Source: Cyanobacteria bacterium P01_F01_bin.13 (GTDB lineage Bacteria > Cyanobacteriota > Cyanobacteriia > Phormidesmidales > Phormidesmidaceae). From it: 64,000 nt of DNA. Of this stretch, positions 63,443 through 64,000 are shown in pieces. The translations under genes were made by a program, and so were the position numbers. The notes beneath the pieces were generated by a model. That model had not been told where the DNA came from, made no database searches, and saw only the letters and a list, made by a program, of their open reading frames with translations. The DNA lies in the NCBI GenBank assembly GCA_039191365.1, contig JBCCXQ010000004.1, positions 6,458-70,457 on the forward strand, given 5' to 3'. How positions within the stretch are numbered: position 1 is the stretch's first letter; every line of letters starts with the position of its first letter.

Positions 63443-63674
63443 GTTCAACTGAAAAAGAGCTTAGGATGCTATCCAAATGCATGATATGGCAATCATTTGA
63501 AATAGATAGCTCATTAGAAAATTCAGTAGTCTAGTAACGTCTTATGCAAGCATTTTCACAGACTTTTGAAAAGCATCATCATTCACATAATCCGATGCTA
63601 TATACATTCGATATACCTACACTAGATATATCTGAATATGGTGTTATAACGGATGTGAGTCACCTAGGTTCCTG

Positions 63675-64000
63675 ATGATGCCCTCTATTCCTCGCGACTA
63701 TCTTGAAATAGTCGCTAACCAGAAACGTTTAACCTCATTTCAGAAAGAAGCATTTATAGAGCGGCTAGCTAATATGGATCTCTCAGATTTAGTCGTTGCC
63801 AAAATACTCAATATCTCAAGAGATCGGTATAGCTCCCGGATGACGCAAGTCTACAAAAAGTTTGATGTCCCATCTGGAAATATCCCAGGCAAAGCAAAGC
63901 TCCTCTTTTTTGAGGTGCTGGATATGTATCGAAAAACTCATCCAAATGCTGAAATCACATCTCCACAAATTAGTAAAACGATTGATGATTTCGTATATGA
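63675..64000 (+). CDS. N-terminal HTH domain of a probable NACHT/AAA (STAND-like) protein, 3'-truncated (not in ORF track)
   Basis: Open to window end: MMPSIPRDYLEIVANQKRLTSFQKEAFIERLANMDLSDLVVAKILNISRDRYSSRMTQVYKKFDVPSGNIPGKAKLLFFEVLDMYRKTHP...IDDFVY; resembles the A..LNIS....RM..VYKKF....PGK N-termini of cyanobacterial NTPases. Confidence 0.65.
   Translation, partial: MMPSIPRDYLEIVANQKRLTSFQKEAFIERLANMDLSDLVVAKILNISRDRYSSRMTQVYKKFDVPSGNIPGKAKLLFFEVLDMYRKTHPNAEITSPQISKTIDDFVY

Noticed and set aside
63408-63447. CRISPR array or replication iterons
   Set aside because: Units are 5 bp with 5-bp spacers; no cas or rep gene in view
62504-63534. Plus-strand ORFs 62504-62740, 62774-62962, 62832-63083 and 63271-63534
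   Set aside because: Antisense to better-supported genes or spanning the terminator or operator; no protein features

Overview
Cyanobacterial chromosomal window. Evidence: psaD, apcF, petG, cytM, chlM and raf1, NtcA boxes, and about 23 HIP1 octamers (GCGATCGC) counted by eye. It is probably a filamentous Leptolyngbya-like strain (inference). Most genes are housekeeping: chlM, nagA, purE, amt, dnaK3-dnaJ, tRNA-Leu(UAG), pnp, tpiA, tilS, minCDE, ychF, ispH, psaD, trpE, manC, glnA-gifA, apcF, petG, cytM, metH, lipA, recR, raf1. No IS element, prophage or CRISPR array was seen. The ORF track misses or miscalls a 31-aa Norf4-like microprotein, petG, a deleted and frameshifted DUF4349 pseudogene, a probable ATT start for recR, and a truncated HTH gene at the right edge. 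Most unusual observations: (1) a DnaK3 with a ~360-aa SYGQ/RYDQ prion-like tail; (2) a divergent HTH(-NTPase?) / NfeD-like / Zn-ribbon module flanking four CTTAC repeats phased at exactly 10 bp; (3) a PstS-like membrane protein with an 11/7-mer amphipathic repeat tail; (4) a 432-aa Arg-rich PPC protein with no Lys, His, Cys or Trp; (5) tandem glnA and gifA with activating and repressing NtcA promoter geometry respectively. All family assignments come from motif recognition, not database searches.
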